Assembly: GCA_965644495.1 (NCBI GenBank)
Contig: CBFFSA010000011.1
Coordinates: 434,001-498,000 of the forward strand
Direction of reading: 5' to 3'
Length of the DNA stretch: 64,000 nucleotides
From: Perkinsela sp. CCAP 1560/9
Taxonomy: Eukaryota; Protista; Euglenozoa: Kinetoplastea
The notes beneath the pieces were generated by a model. The model made no database searches. It worked only from the letters and a program-made list of their open reading frames with translations, and was not told the origin of the DNA. Shown in pieces: positions 1-11,538 of this stretch (its first letter is position 1; every line of letters begins with the position of its first letter). The position numbers and the translations under genes were made by a program.

Positions 1-299
1 TACGGAACTCTAGGTTTTAACGAACTTCACAGACGATATCCGTCAGACATCAGAAAAGATGAGAGTGAAAGACGAAAATTGAAGAACCGATTCGTGCCAA
101 CTCTTGCAGTTGACTTAAGTAATAATTACTTTTATAAATATGTGCCCGAGGGCGTCTTACCGAAGGGTATAACGTACGGTTATCAAAATTTCTCTAATTA
201 AGACCAATTCAGAGGGGAAGGGTTGTCTAGATTTCTTACAGTATAGTACAGTGCATAATAATCCTCTACCCCTTATCCTAGCGTTGCTCGGAGACCCCC

Positions 300-1393
300 T
301 TAATTCACCATTGAGGGGATTGACTCTTGCCGCGAAGCGGCACGATATACATTTCGTCTGGACCCCCCCCCCTGTATTTTGACCCCCTTCAATACTAGTA
401 GTATTATTTGGGTATTTAAACCTTCGCGTACGTGAATATGTGCATATTCACATATTTTTGACCAACATACCTCAAGGTAAGATGCACAATGCATACTGCC
501 CCATAGCATTACCTTTGTAGGGTGATGAGTTCGACTCCTTGCAACTTTATCGTCGGGATTCTGTATCATTCGTATCGAATATCTTCGTTACGTGTATCAT
601 TCGTATCGAATATCTTTTCGTCAGAAAAGACTATTATTTTAGAACCACCACTCCAAGTGGAAGCAAAATCAACTCTGTTTTCCTTCTGTCATGCACTCAA
701 GGCCATTGTAATAGGCCTAATAGGATTCGTTTCGAATCCGAGGTCCTTTTCACTCGTGGACACCTGTATCATACCTAAGCCGGAAAAAAACTGCAAAAAA
801 GTCGATTTTTTTTCACAGAGTACATTTTTTTCAAAATTGGTACACTTGTTGGTGATTCATGAAGAAGCACCGCCCCCTGTGCTTACCTTCCACGAGGCAG
901 GAGCCTCGTGTGCCCCGAGATGCGCACGGCACTCGCGATCGATTGAGAGCGACTTAAGTCCTATAAGACACTCGAAAATTTTCATAAATTTAGCCCCGGG
1001 TCCATTATTGAAACTTTTCGCTTTTTTTCTGAAGATTAACCGGAAACGTTTAAGAAAGCCTTCCGGGACTATAGTAAACGTTTTCTTTTGGTCAAGGAGG
1101 CTAAAGTGCATATGACTAAATACTAGAGATTACTTTGCACACCTTTTCCACGTCTTCTGACCTACTTTACTACTGTTCCTCATCCGAAACATTCAAAAAA
1201 ATGAGCCCAAAAAAATTGTAATTAGCGTTTTTCACCCCTACCTGGCTAGGGGGGGTAGGGGGTCGCTCGAATGAAAAGGACCTCGGATTCGGAACGATTA
1301 GGTCGAAAAACGGTGGTATACCAAATATTTCCAAAATCGGACAAAATACAAGACCTGTAGGGGGGGGGGGGTAAAAGACGCTGAACACCACTG
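300..1393. mobile_element. Degenerate Tc1/mariner-like element (right end and transposase remnant)
   Basis: Minus-strand remnant HHPTKVMLWG (300-569) is identical to the motif in the transposase at 55719-56732. The end ...GGGGTAAAAGACGCTGAACACCACTG|TA at 1393 resembles the CAGTGGTTTCAG...CCCCCCC TIR at 31342. Internal inverted repeat 734-752/1272-1290. Left boundary not determined. Confidence 0.5.
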
Positions 1394-1542
1394 TACAAGT
1401 ATGTATACTGCTATGTACATGTGTATTTCTCATTAACATAAGATTTACAATTTATTTCACAGGTTTCCATTTTTTTCTGCTTATCTCGCTCCTCCCGACA
1501 TAATTTCAACTGCTACTTCTCATTTACCCCCCTCTCATCCCC

Positions 1543-2331
1543 ATGTCTTCCAGCCACCTCCACCACCACACCCCCCACACCACCCAAAACCAAGGCAACG
1601 CCCTAGGCACACGCTCCAGCATACGTCTCTGTACACACGGCAAATCCCAAGGCCATGGAGGTGCAATGAAAGATCTTCTCGGTCTCTCCTCCTCCGGTTC
1701 TGTCTCAAAACCACCTACCCCCTTCTCTCATACACCCTCTTCTAACGTTCAGAACGTATCAAACAGCAGCAAAGAAGAAGCTCTACCCGCGAAAAATACA
1801 GATATTGAAAACATAAACACAATCTCTTCTTCTTCTTCTCATCCGAACGTGTTGAATACCACAACAACTCGTAGCACGACGCGGTCTCAATCTCACCTTC
1901 ACCTCTCGTGCCCCAGTTCCACACAGAACCAGGGGAACGTGCTAGGGGAGCGTCCCTGTGTGAGACGCAATGTGATTGGCACCCGCCATGGTGGGGGGAA
2001 CGCCATGAAGGCACTGCTGTCCAATGAGACACTGCAGTGGAAGGGGGAGGGGGAGGGGATGGGCGCGTCAAAGAGCTCCTCCGGGGAGTGGGGAGAGGGG
2101 TCGGAACCTCTGTATGACCCGGAGGTGGAGGTGAGGAAGACCGAGGGGCGAGGGGCTGTGGGAGACCCGAGAGTTGCGATGGAGAAGGTCGCACGAGGGT
2201 TGGAGAAGATGAAGGATGTGATGCAGACCCCGGAGAAAGGGGGGCTGTCGCAACGGGTTGTGGATGAAGTGCAGAAACGACAGACTCCGGTGAGTCGTAC
2301 GTTGCAGACAACGATGGAGTTCTATGGGTAG
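1543..2331 (+). CDS. Hypothetical low-complexity protein with two TQNQGNxLGxR...HGG repeats (SPIRAL1-like motif)
   Basis: 262-aa ORF on the same strand as the gene cluster; duplicated internal motif. Confidence 0.6.
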   Translation: MSSSHLHHHTPHTTQNQGNALGTRSSIRLCTHGKSQGHGGAMKDLLGLSSSGSVSKPPTPFSHTPSSNVQNVSNSSKEEALPAKNTDIENINTISSSSSHPNVLNTTTTRSTTRSQSHLHLSCPSSTQNQGNVLGERPCVRRNVIGTRHGGGNAMKALLSNETLQWKGEGEGMGASKSSSGEWGEGSEPLYDPEVEVRKTEGRGAVGDPRVAMEKVARGLEKMKDVMQTPEKGGLSQRVVDEVQKRQTPVSRTLQTTMEFYG

Positions 2332-2783
2332 GCACTTATCAGTAGAAAGCGTGAAAAATGAACGTGTCAAAAATTATTGGAGGACGTGTGCATTTCCTGT
2401 AGATTGGCATATTTTTTCTTCAATTTAAATGTTCTAGAATATTGTCACAACTTACTTGTTTCGTTTATTTAGATATCGCTTCACAGACTATAGAATTCCA
2501 TGAATGATATGACTCGCACAAATTTTGAGTGTGTGTCCACTGAGGTTATGCAGGGGGTATAACTGATAACCTCTCGGCTCTGGATTTACATAGATTGCAT
2601 TCTTACTAACGCAAATTTTTTTGTGTGAAGCATTTGGAGTCCTGAAACAAAACCTAGTCTCCAAACACGGTTTGTTTGTTCAAACACTACTAATTTGTCT
2701 AATATAAATATTTGAAGAAAATCATTTACTCTCTAACTTAATCTTTCACTCTGCTCCGCCTTTTCTTCTCCAGGAGCTTTACC

Positions 2784-4736
2784 ATGCAACGTGAGTTCGA
2801 ACACACTTTGACGAAATTTCACTTTCGTCAACTTACCGCCGCCTTTCCTCCACAGAATCAAGATCAAATCCCCACACATGACCAAAAATGCACCATAAAA
2901 CCCACGTCGTCTGTGGCAAAATCCACCGTTTCCCCCTCCTCCAGTCCCCCTGAGAGCTGTTTTGGCTACGCCCCTCGTGTCCAATCTACCGGTTCTCGAT
3001 CTAAACCTACTGCCCGCCTAACCCCTTTATCTTCCCTCACCCCTGCACTCTCAGGCGAGCACGTCGTGCTACGTGGTCGGGTCCACACGATTCGAGCGAA
3101 GGGTCGGCTTGCTTTTTTACTGCTGCGCTCGTTTACGGAAATCGTCCAAGTGATCTTTGTCGGGGGTGAGCACATCTCCAAACCTTTTCTTCGATTTGTC
3201 TCGAAACTCCATCCGGAGTCGATTGTGGAGGTTACGGGAACGGTCTCGGTGGCACCGGTGCCGATTGCCAATACCACACAGCCCTCCGTAGAAATTTCAG
3301 GCCGTTCGGTGTTTGTGATCTCGGAAGCTCCAGCGGTGCTTCCTTTTCAACTCGCCGATGCCTCAGGGAGTGAGAAAATGGAAAAAACGGCCGGGACTAC
3401 AGAAAGTCGGGGCCCCACCGACAACAAAGAGGAGAACAAAGTTTCGTTATCCGTAAACCCCGAGACCCGGTTGGATCACCGCTGGTTGGACTTGCGTACC
3501 CCGGCCAATCATGCCATCTTTGTGGTCGAAAGTAAAATGCAGCAGTACTTTCGGGAGTACCTCACAAACCCAGAACGGTCGTTCACTGAGATTCATACCC
3601 CGAAACTGATTGGGACCGCCAGTGAGGGTGGCGCCTCGGTGTTTCGCCTGGACTACTTTGGTCGCAAAGTTTTTCTTGCACAAAGTCCTCAGCTGTATAA
3701 GCAGATGGCGCTGCAAGGAGATTTGGGGAAAGGCGTGTTTGAGATTGGATCCGTGTTTCGTGCAGAGAACGCGAACACCTACCGACACCTGTGTGAGTTT
3801 GTCGGGCTGGATGTGGAGATGGTGATTCAGGATCACTATAGTGAGTGCCTGGACCTCGCTGAGGATTTGTTTCACACCATGTTTGCAAGGCTGGAGAACG
3901 AATGCGAGGCTTTGTTACGCACCGTACGGGCGCAATTTCCAGTCTCTCCGATAGCGTATGCGGTCCCGGAAAGTGTTATCCATTCACTGGGCGTGGGTAT
4001 TCTTGAGGACGGGGTGGAGAGCACTGACCTTTACGGTGCGACTGTTCGCAGCGTAGCAATGCCTTCGCTACGTTTGTCATACCCCAACGCCATAACTCTG
4101 TTAAATGAAGTCATTATTCGTGTAGAGAGCGCCAAATCATCCACCGAGTCAGAGTCCAAGTCGTTTCTTGAGTCATTAAAAGGTGTTTCCGATGCTTCAC
4201 ATGATTTCGTCATTCCTCCCCCCATGGAGGTTACCGAGGACCTCAGCACCACACACGAGAAATTCCTCGGACGCGTCATTAAGCAACGCTACGGGGTAGA
4301 TTTCTATGTCATTGACAAATACCCCCGATCCGTGCGGCCGTTCTATACCATGCCAGCCGTAGCGCTAACTGAGGAGGACACTGACCGCTCGTGTGAGCCT
4401 AATTTGTCTCACGCGCCGATCACAGAATCTTTACAGGTTCAGCATCCTCCATGCTCACGACTGTGGTCCAATAGTTACGACATGTTTCTTCGAGGAGAGG
4501 AAATTTCCAGCGGGGCGCAGCGTATCCATGACCCGAGTCTGTTAACCGCCAGTGCGGCAGGTCGAGGGATTGACCCCAACACCATCGGGGACTACATCCA
4601 ATCCTTTGCTCTTGGGGCGTGGCCACACGCAGGGTTTGGTGTCGGGCTGGAGCGCCTCGTGATGCTTTTTCTGGGCTTGAGAAACATTCGACAGACGTCG
4701 ATGTTTCCTCGTGACCCCCGGCGGGTGGCGCCGTAG
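2784..4736 (+). CDS. DARS: Aspartyl-tRNA synthetase (eukaryotic type, class IIb)
   Basis: OB-fold (LRGRVHTIRAKG), LAQSPQLYKQM, motif 2 FRAEN..RH..EF, GEEISSGAQRIH, motif 3 GFGVGLERL, C-terminal FPRDP. Confidence 0.95.
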   Translation: MQREFEHTLTKFHFRQLTAAFPPQNQDQIPTHDQKCTIKPTSSVAKSTVSPSSSPPESCFGYAPRVQSTGSRSKPTARLTPLSSLTPALSGEHVVLRGRVHTIRAKGRLAFLLLRSFTEIVQVIFVGGEHISKPFLRFVSKLHPESIVEVTGTVSVAPVPIANTTQPSVEISGRSVFVISEAPAVLPFQLADASGSEKMEKTAGTTESRGPTDNKEENKVSLSVNPETRLDHRWLDLRTPANHAIFVVESKMQQYFREYLTNPERSFTEIHTPKLIGTASEGGASVFRLDYFGRKVFLAQSPQLYKQMALQGDLGKGVFEIGSVFRAENANTYRHLCEFVGLDVEMVIQDHYSECLDLAEDLFHTMFARLENECEALLRTVRAQFPVSPIAYAVPESVIHSLGVGILEDGVESTDLYGATVRSVAMPSLRLSYPNAITLLNEVIIRVESAKSSTESESKSFLESLKGVSDASHDFVIPPPMEVTEDLSTTHEKFLGRVIKQRYGVDFYVIDKYPRSVRPFYTMPAVALTEEDTDRSCEPNLSHAPITESLQVQHPPCSRLWSNSYDMFLRGEEISSGAQRIHDPSLLTASAAGRGIDPNTIGDYIQSFALGAWPHAGFGVGLERLVMLFLGLRNIRQTSMFPRDPRRVAP

Positions 4737-5240
4737 AAACAAGCGAAAAGGAGAAGACTTGCTTTGTAGGTATCCAGTTTACGATTTTCGAAGTGACGGG
4801 ATCCATAAAGGTTTTTGTGGCTGAATGAGCTGTTGGGTTGGGCGATTGTTCCGCCTGGGCGAGGACTTCGACGTTCTTTATTATGTCGTGTCTTGTATGC
4901 TTCGTCACAAAGTACTAATAGGAATTCGTATGGAAAGCCGCGAGTTATGTTTCATATAAAGTCGTCTTTACGTTGTCCGTGATTTTATGGTGCTCTCTTT
5001 CTTCTGAAACTCATATTAACCTCAATGTAATTAGGCTAGGATATATTTCAACGCTATTTAGAGCTGCACACATAGTATTTATTTTAACCTTATTTTAATT
5101 TTAGAGGCTTTTAATTGAAGCGAAAAAGTCTGGATCTGACGCATTGCCTTGCTATAAGCTATACATGTAGGAAGAATTTTTATACGGTAGCTACACCTCA
5201 AAAAAAAAGAATTATTTTTGATTGTTGTCAATAGTTAGTT

Positions 5241-7874
5241 ATGTATATTCAGCTTGTGTTTGGGATATCTTCCATTGATTTGAAGCCGTCGTCACCTAAA
5301 AAAGTTCGCGGCGTGAGTCTTCCTCAGGAATATGAACTCAGTCTATTTCTGCGCGACGCATCAGCGGATGATCCATCGTGGGGCACGCATAATGAGGCTT
5401 GCGCCTGGAAAAGGGTGACGTGCAATAGCAAAGGTTTCGTCGATCGTATTATTTGGACGAACAAAAACATTCGTGGAAAGATTCACTTGAGCGCGCTTCC
5501 CACAACGGTGCGTTGCGTGTGGATGTCTAACAATGAATTGATCGGAAATATTTATTTAGATACCCTGCCCACCTCCATGGAACGCTTGTGTCTATCATCA
5601 AATCACTTGGAAGGGACCTTAGACTTAACTTCGCTTCCCGACAATCTTCTCGCTCTTAATTTACATAGTAACAAATTTTCTGGGTCCATTCTTTTGAATC
5701 AGCTTCCTCCTTCTTTCCGCTGGCTATCTCTTCACTCCAATTGTCTCACGGGAGCGCTGGATTTGTTTCAATTACCCGCTTCATTGAAACATATTGAACT
5801 TCACCGAAACGGTTTTCATGGATATATTGAACTCCGTCACCTGCCTTCAAACCTTCAATACCTTGATCTTAGTTCGAATGAACTTTCTGGTGTCATATAT
5901 CTCACTCATCTTCCTTCAGTACTTCTGAATCTGGACCTCTCAATAAATATGCTCAGTGGGGATATTAGCTTTTGTGCACTGCCTCAGGCGTTGCAAACAA
6001 TAGATATCGCCTTCAATGCCTTCACTGGCTCTCCACAATGGGATAAACTACCAAATAATTTAGAGGTCCTATATTTAATGGGCAACGAGCTTGTGGGAAC
6101 CGTTGAGCTCACTCACTTACCGCAATCACTGAGAGAACTTCATTTGAGTAATAATAAATTTACAGGGCGCGTAGATCTTACACAACTTCCTGTGAGCTTA
6201 ACTGAACTGAGCTTATCGGCCAACAACATATCTGGACCTTTATCGCTTTCTCACCTTCCAGACGGTCTTGAGCAGCTAAAACTCTACAACAATTCTTTTT
6301 CTGGAAATATTAATTTTTCGCATCTTCCCGCCTCATTGACATACGCAGATGTTAGCTTTAATAACCTGACCGGTGAGCTAGATCTGAGGACTCTCCCACC
6401 CGATTTGGTTAAGCTCTTTCTTTACGAGAATAACTTTACGGGACCCCTAGACTTAACTTATTTGCCGAATACCTTACAAGAACTGATTGCCAGCGAGAAT
6501 TTATTCAATCAGGATGTGTCACTCGTAGATCTACCGGTGTCTCTCACTCTATTGTCAATTTCCAACAACAATCTCAGCGGCGAGATCTCTCTTTTGAGTC
6601 TCCCGAAAAGTCTTCTAACTCTTGAGATTGATGGAAATGAATTTGAAGCAAACATTGATTTAGCCTTCTTACCAAATGCCCTGACCCGATTGAATGCCAG
6701 TCGCAATAGATTCAGCGGGCCGCTTGATCTACTGAAGCTTCCAATCACTTTGAAGTACCTTTTGCTGAATCAAAATATATTGGACGGGTCTATAGATCTT
6801 GCAAATTTGCCCCAAGATTTACAGTGCCTTGAAGTTTCCGACAATAAATTTTCCGGAGAACTAAACTTTTCTCATCTTCCCGGGAAAATTGAGGCTCTCT
6901 ATTTTTCCGAAAATGAATTTGAAGGAACACTTCACTTATTTCAGCTACCGCCAGAATTGTGGATACTAGATGTGCACTGTAATAATTTTTCTGGGTCTAT
7001 CGATATTAATCATCTTCCACCGGGTATGGAAGAGTTAAACCTTTCCATGAATCACTTTGAAGGAACTCTGCAACTTTCACAGCTTCCGCTCTCTTTACGA
7101 TCTCTTTCTGTGAGAAATAATGAATTTTCTGACGAGTTGGATTTGAGGCACTTACCCTCTCAACTCCGGGAGTTGACTCTCGCGTGCAACAGGCTAAAAG
7201 GAACTGTTTCTCTTCATCAACTTCCAAGCAGCCTTCAAGAGTTGTACCTTTCCGGAAATGAGTTCACTGGGAGCGTTAATACGACCGCTCTACCCAATTC
7301 AATGACTGACTTGGATGGATGGAAAAACAGTTTCACGGAGGGAATGGACTTAACGCAGCTTCCTGATTCTCTCAGACTATTGTTATTTTCTAATAATATG
7401 TTTTCAGGGTCTCTTGACCTCACCATGCTCCCCCAATCTCTTCGTTTTCTTTTCCTAAGGGGGAATCAATTTTCCGGTCCAATAGATCTTTCTCAACTTC
7501 CTGCTGGAATGATAGAAATACACCGCAGTGAAAACCAATTTACTGGCTCTATTGTCTTAGTAGATCTACCTCAGTCGCTTATTGGAATACTTCTTGGTAA
7601 TAATCGTTTATCGGGGAGTCTTAATCTGACAAGTTTGCCTGCTTCCCTCATACAGCTTGAGCTACACCACAATAATTTTTTCGGAAACCTTAATTTGGAT
7701 TCCTTGCCACCATTCTTAGAGGGGCTTTCGTTGGAATTCAATAAGTTATCTGGAAAATTATATTTACCTCAGCTACCCCTAGGACTTCAGACTCTTTCAC
7801 TTCAAAATAATTCGTTTATCAATGGCGATATAGATTTTTCCGAAGTCCCAGAAACAGTGAAGGTTGTTTACTAA
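5241..7874 (+). CDS. Large leucine-rich repeat protein (about 34 repeats of 23 aa)
   Basis: Repeat LPxxLxxLxLxxNxFxGxLDLxx; Cys/Trp cap WxxxxxACxWxxVxC; no TM or kinase domain seen. Confidence 0.93.
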   Translation: MYIQLVFGISSIDLKPSSPKKVRGVSLPQEYELSLFLRDASADDPSWGTHNEACAWKRVTCNSKGFVDRIIWTNKNIRGKIHLSALPTTVRCVWMSNNELIGNIYLDTLPTSMERLCLSSNHLEGTLDLTSLPDNLLALNLHSNKFSGSILLNQLPPSFRWLSLHSNCLTGALDLFQLPASLKHIELHRNGFHGYIELRHLPSNLQYLDLSSNELSGVIYLTHLPSVLLNLDLSINMLSGDISFCALPQALQTIDIAFNAFTGSPQWDKLPNNLEVLYLMGNELVGTVELTHLPQSLRELHLSNNKFTGRVDLTQLPVSLTELSLSANNISGPLSLSHLPDGLEQLKLYNNSFSGNINFSHLPASLTYADVSFNNLTGELDLRTLPPDLVKLFLYENNFTGPLDLTYLPNTLQELIASENLFNQDVSLVDLPVSLTLLSISNNNLSGEISLLSLPKSLLTLEIDGNEFEANIDLAFLPNALTRLNASRNRFSGPLDLLKLPITLKYLLLNQNILDGSIDLANLPQDLQCLEVSDNKFSGELNFSHLPGKIEALYFSENEFEGTLHLFQLPPELWILDVHCNNFSGSIDINHLPPGMEELNLSMNHFEGTLQLSQLPLSLRSLSVRNNEFSDELDLRHLPSQLRELTLACNRLKGTVSLHQLPSSLQELYLSGNEFTGSVNTTALPNSMTDLDGWKNSFTEGMDLTQLPDSLRLLLFSNNMFSGSLDLTMLPQSLRFLFLRGNQFSGPIDLSQLPAGMIEIHRSENQFTGSIVLVDLPQSLIGILLGNNRLSGSLNLTSLPASLIQLELHHNNFFGNLNLDSLPPFLEGLSLEFNKLSGKLYLPQLPLGLQTLSLQNNSFINGDIDFSEVPETVKVVY

Positions 7875-8067
7875 TACTGTGTGACCTTTTTTAAACTTCC
7901 TCCAGTTTCGGCAAAAACGAAGTATAAATGGGAGGACCTGAAATTTCCTCCTTTCTAAATACAGGCACATTCCGGCATCTTGTGTGCGTGAAAAATTAAC
8001 CGAGCTCAAAATATTTCCTCTTTTAACCCGGGGTCTGACCAGGTGCGCTTAAACGGAGGGGGAAAAT

Positions 8068-8352
8068 TATTATTCTTTTCTTATATTTGCGACAGGATGC
8101 CCCCTGGAGCCCTTCAGGGTCCAAAATTGTTTAGACAATATTATTATTTTCTTATATTTGCGACAGGATGCCCCCCTGGACCCTCTCAGGGTCCGAAATT
8201 GTTTAGACAATATTATTATTTTCTTATATTTGCGACAGGATGCCCCCTGGAGCCCTTCAGGGTCCAAAATTGTTTAGACAATATTATTATTTTCTCATAT
8301 TTGCGACAGGATGCCCCCCTGGACCCTCTCAGGGTCCGAAATTGTTTAGACA
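8068..8352. repeat. Minisatellite, 4 units of 71/72 bp with alternating variants
   Basis: GACAGGATGCCCC at 8091, 8162, 8234 and 8305; variants alternate GAGCCCTTCAGGGTCCAA and GACCCTCTCAGGGTCCGA. Confidence 0.9.
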
Positions 8353-8409
8353 CGTTTTGAGCCACCGGAGTCCCTTTTATATTTTTTCTTTTATTCAACT
8401 GCTGCGGGT

Positions 8410-8590
8410 AATGATCTCGCATAATCTCACGTGATCTCGCATAATATCACGACCACATTAAAAGACATCTATCGTCGCTTCGCGGTACCTTTGTCGCTAC
8501 AATTCTGTCTGATCTTTATCATGATCTCACATGATCTTATCAGATCTTACGCGGTTTCGCATGACCTTACGTGATCTCGCGTGATCTCAT
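8410..8590. repeat. Degenerate 10-bp repeats (RTGATCTCRC-like)
   Basis: ATGATCTCAC ATGATCTTAT CAGATCTTAC ... GTGATCTCGC GTGATCTCAT. Confidence 0.6.
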
Positions 8591-8973
8591 TTAGACATTA
8601 CCTGCAGCCCCTCTATTATAATTATTCATTACTGTGTTTCTCTTTATAATTCCGCGTTTTTTGTTCACTTTTTATAATTAAGCAAGGGCTGATCAGAAGT
8701 GATACAACCACCGCTATCCTTAATTACCGCTACCTTAAACCACGACGTATCTTCCCGAATTCGTAATTCTAAAAAAATTGCTTTCGGGGTCATTCATTCG
8801 TGGGAGATATAATTATTATTGATCGTTTCATACTATCACTTGCGTTTATCGAAAACGGATGGAATAATTATTTACTGAACATTTTAAGGCGTACCACCAA
8901 TTAAAACCCTACTGAGCGATATTATTCAGTGGTTTATTCAGTTTCTTTTTCATTAGCTTCTTTGTTTTTGTAT

Positions 8974-10440
8974 ATGTCAGTGAGCTTCTCAACCGTTGTA
9001 CAAAAGCTTCGAGCCCAGCCGAATGCAGCAACGTCGGCACTGAATGACTACGTTGCACGACTAGCCCCCACTACGCTTACAAAACTTTCCAATGGATTTC
9101 AAGTCGCCAGCGAAAGCGCTGCTACGTTTCATCCGGACTTTGCGACCATAGGCGTTGTGCTGCAAGCCGGCAGTGCCTATGAGGGTCGCACTGAGAGCGG
9201 TGTTGCCTCAATGCTACAAAAGCTTTGTCTCGGCCGCGTGGGGAAGAAAACGCACGAGTCTCTGGCGCATGCCATTGAAGATGTAGGAGGTCACCTTAAA
9301 CTTTCCTCACAACGAGATCGTACATTGTTTTATTTCAAATGCCACAAATCGCAGCTGGAAAAAGCTGTTGCTCTGTTGGCCGAGATGGTTCGCTCTCCTT
9401 TGATCTCAGAAGAGGAGGTTGAGAAAGTTCGTACGCGCCAACTTCAGGAATTGAAGGAATTTGAGGAGGATCCGGATGGGATTATGATGGATAACCTGCA
9501 CACAGCCTGTCTCGACAGCACTGAGAGGGGTTACGGAGCGAAACCTAAGGGCACACTCGAGACAGTTCCGAAAATTACCTCATCAATGCTTGAGCAGTAT
9601 CACAGAGAGAACTGGACAGCTGGCCGTGCGATGCTCCTGGGGGTAGGCGGAGTGAATCACGCTCAACTCGAATCTTGGGCCTCCAAATATTTTAGTGATC
9701 TCCCCGAGAGTGGGCCCGCGCCACCGATTAACAGCCGCTACGTTGGAGGCGACATTAAGTTCTGGAACACGCGCATGAAGCTGACGCACTATGCCTGGGC
9801 TTTTGAGACTTGTGGTGCAGACTGTGGCGATGTCGTGCCATTGGAACTTGTGAATCATATTCACGGTCGTTTCCACCGCTCCCAACACGACCTCGTGCAG
9901 CACAGCAACCAGTTGAACTACAAGTGCTTCAGTGCGATGAATTTTTTGGTTCCCACATTACAGTACTTCAACGAAAAAGGTATCGAGATAGTAAATCCTT
10001 TCTTCCATTGCTACGAAGATGTGGGGCTCAGTGGTCTTCATTTGGTGGCGCGAACGGCTCAGACCCTCCCAGAGGTGACGTCAAATATCAGCGACTATGT
10101 CCAGCTTACGATGGGGGAGTACTGTCGCTTGACACAGAAAGCAATCCATGCGCGGGAACTGGAGCAAGCCAAGGTGAACTACAAGGTGCAGCTACTAATG
10201 AACCGGGATGGTCTCAGCAATCGTTTTGAGGACTTATCCAGGGAGCTGTTCTACGTGAAGCGCTCCGTCCCTGTGCAAGAAATGTTTGCTCGAATCGACG
10301 ACTTGACGCCAACTAACTTAATGGAGGTTTTGCAGCATTACTTCTACAGTCGACGACCTGTCCTATCATATACGGGATACGTCGCTGATACACCAGGGTA
10401 CGATCAAGTGACGCATTGGACATATAAATATTTATATTAA
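8974..10440 (+). CDS. M16B peptidase-family protein, non-catalytic (MPP alpha / bc1 core-type subunit)
   Basis: LSNGFQVASE and IGVVLQAGSAYE..ESGVA; the HxxEH site is replaced by SMLQK. First ATG is 8974 (the ORF track start 8929 is GTG), after a pyrimidine tract and AG. Confidence 0.85.
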   Translation: MSVSFSTVVQKLRAQPNAATSALNDYVARLAPTTLTKLSNGFQVASESAATFHPDFATIGVVLQAGSAYEGRTESGVASMLQKLCLGRVGKKTHESLAHAIEDVGGHLKLSSQRDRTLFYFKCHKSQLEKAVALLAEMVRSPLISEEEVEKVRTRQLQELKEFEEDPDGIMMDNLHTACLDSTERGYGAKPKGTLETVPKITSSMLEQYHRENWTAGRAMLLGVGGVNHAQLESWASKYFSDLPESGPAPPINSRYVGGDIKFWNTRMKLTHYAWAFETCGADCGDVVPLELVNHIHGRFHRSQHDLVQHSNQLNYKCFSAMNFLVPTLQYFNEKGIEIVNPFFHCYEDVGLSGLHLVARTAQTLPEVTSNISDYVQLTMGEYCRLTQKAIHARELEQAKVNYKVQLLMNRDGLSNRFEDLSRELFYVKRSVPVQEMFARIDDLTPTNLMEVLQHYFYSRRPVLSYTGYVADTPGYDQVTHWTYKYLY

Positions 10441-10941
10441 ACTATTGCGAAAACAAAGTGACATTTAGGTCCATAAAAAGATGTTAAAATGTCTTCATTT
10501 ATTTGCGCATGTATGATCTTAAGTATAATCTGCACCCAGTGACTCGCTTAAGTAAATCACTAACCGGATTGAACATAACAAAATAAAGAAATTGTGTACT
10601 AGCCTACGGCATTCTTGATCGAACGTTCCACATAGTTTGTATAGTTCTTTCTATTTGAACCTTTTTCCATATTCTTTTATAAACTCCTCTCTCCTATACA
10701 AATTCATATTAAATGCATAAGTTGCACAATGATCAGAGCCTTTTCCTTTTTTATACAGCGATGAAATGCAGTAGAACATATATCTGTGGTTACTTGCAGA
10801 TTGAGATATGCGTACCACAATCATCAACAATGACCTAGAAATAACGGTGTTTAGTGTTTTTTTCGCTTTTTTAATTTGGTCGCACTTAATAGCAGCTCTT
10901 ACTATATGCTTTGTTGCTGTCTGCCTCTCTTTCTGCCTCTC

Positions 10942-11538
10942 ATGTCTTCAGATTCTGCACATCGCGTGCAACCGGCCAAAATTCGTGGTGTTACCTTACC
11001 GGAGGAATACGAACTCGCTCGATTGATTCAAAATATAGAAAACCCTCTCACCTCTTGGAACACACACACTCCTGCTTGTAGTTGGGAAAAAGTAGAGTGC
11101 AACTCGGAACAACAAGTTCTCAAGATCAATTGGTCGCTCACGAAATTACATGGGTCTCTTCATGCAGAGCATATTCCGAGACATTTGTATCGCTTTGACG
11201 TGTGGCACAATAAACTTCACGGAGCTTTCACTTTTGTAGCGCTCCCGTCCTCCCTCGTGCTCTTAGATCTTAGCAAGAATGCCTTTTCAGTAGCCCCTGA
11301 CCTAAGTCACCTACCACCCATGTTAAAGGAATTAATTTTGCGAGACAACCGTCTTGAGGGCTACGTAAATCTCTCATCTTTTCCAGTGTCTTTAACTCAT
11401 TTGTGGCTATACTCTAACCCTGAACTTGGGGGGGATTTAAATGTCGCAGTGCTTCCTCGAACGCTCGGGTACGATGTTAGAGATACGCAGATACGGGTAA
11501 CAAACGGACCTGACCATAGACGAGTTACAGATAACTGA
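10942..11538 (+). CDS. Short LRR protein (same family as 5241-7874)
   Basis: PAKIRG motif, WNTHTPACSWEKVEC cap, about 5 LRRs. Start chosen by alignment to paralogs; upstream in-frame starts exist. Confidence 0.85.
   Translation: MSSDSAHRVQPAKIRGVTLPEEYELARLIQNIENPLTSWNTHTPACSWEKVECNSEQQVLKINWSLTKLHGSLHAEHIPRHLYRFDVWHNKLHGAFTFVALPSSLVLLDLSKNAFSVAPDLSHLPPMLKELILRDNRLEGYVNLSSFPVSLTHLWLYSNPELGGDLNVAVLPRTLGYDVRDTQIRVTNGPDHRRVTDN

Noticed and set aside
8974-10440. Catalytic MPP beta subunit
   Set aside because: HxxEH zinc motif absent.
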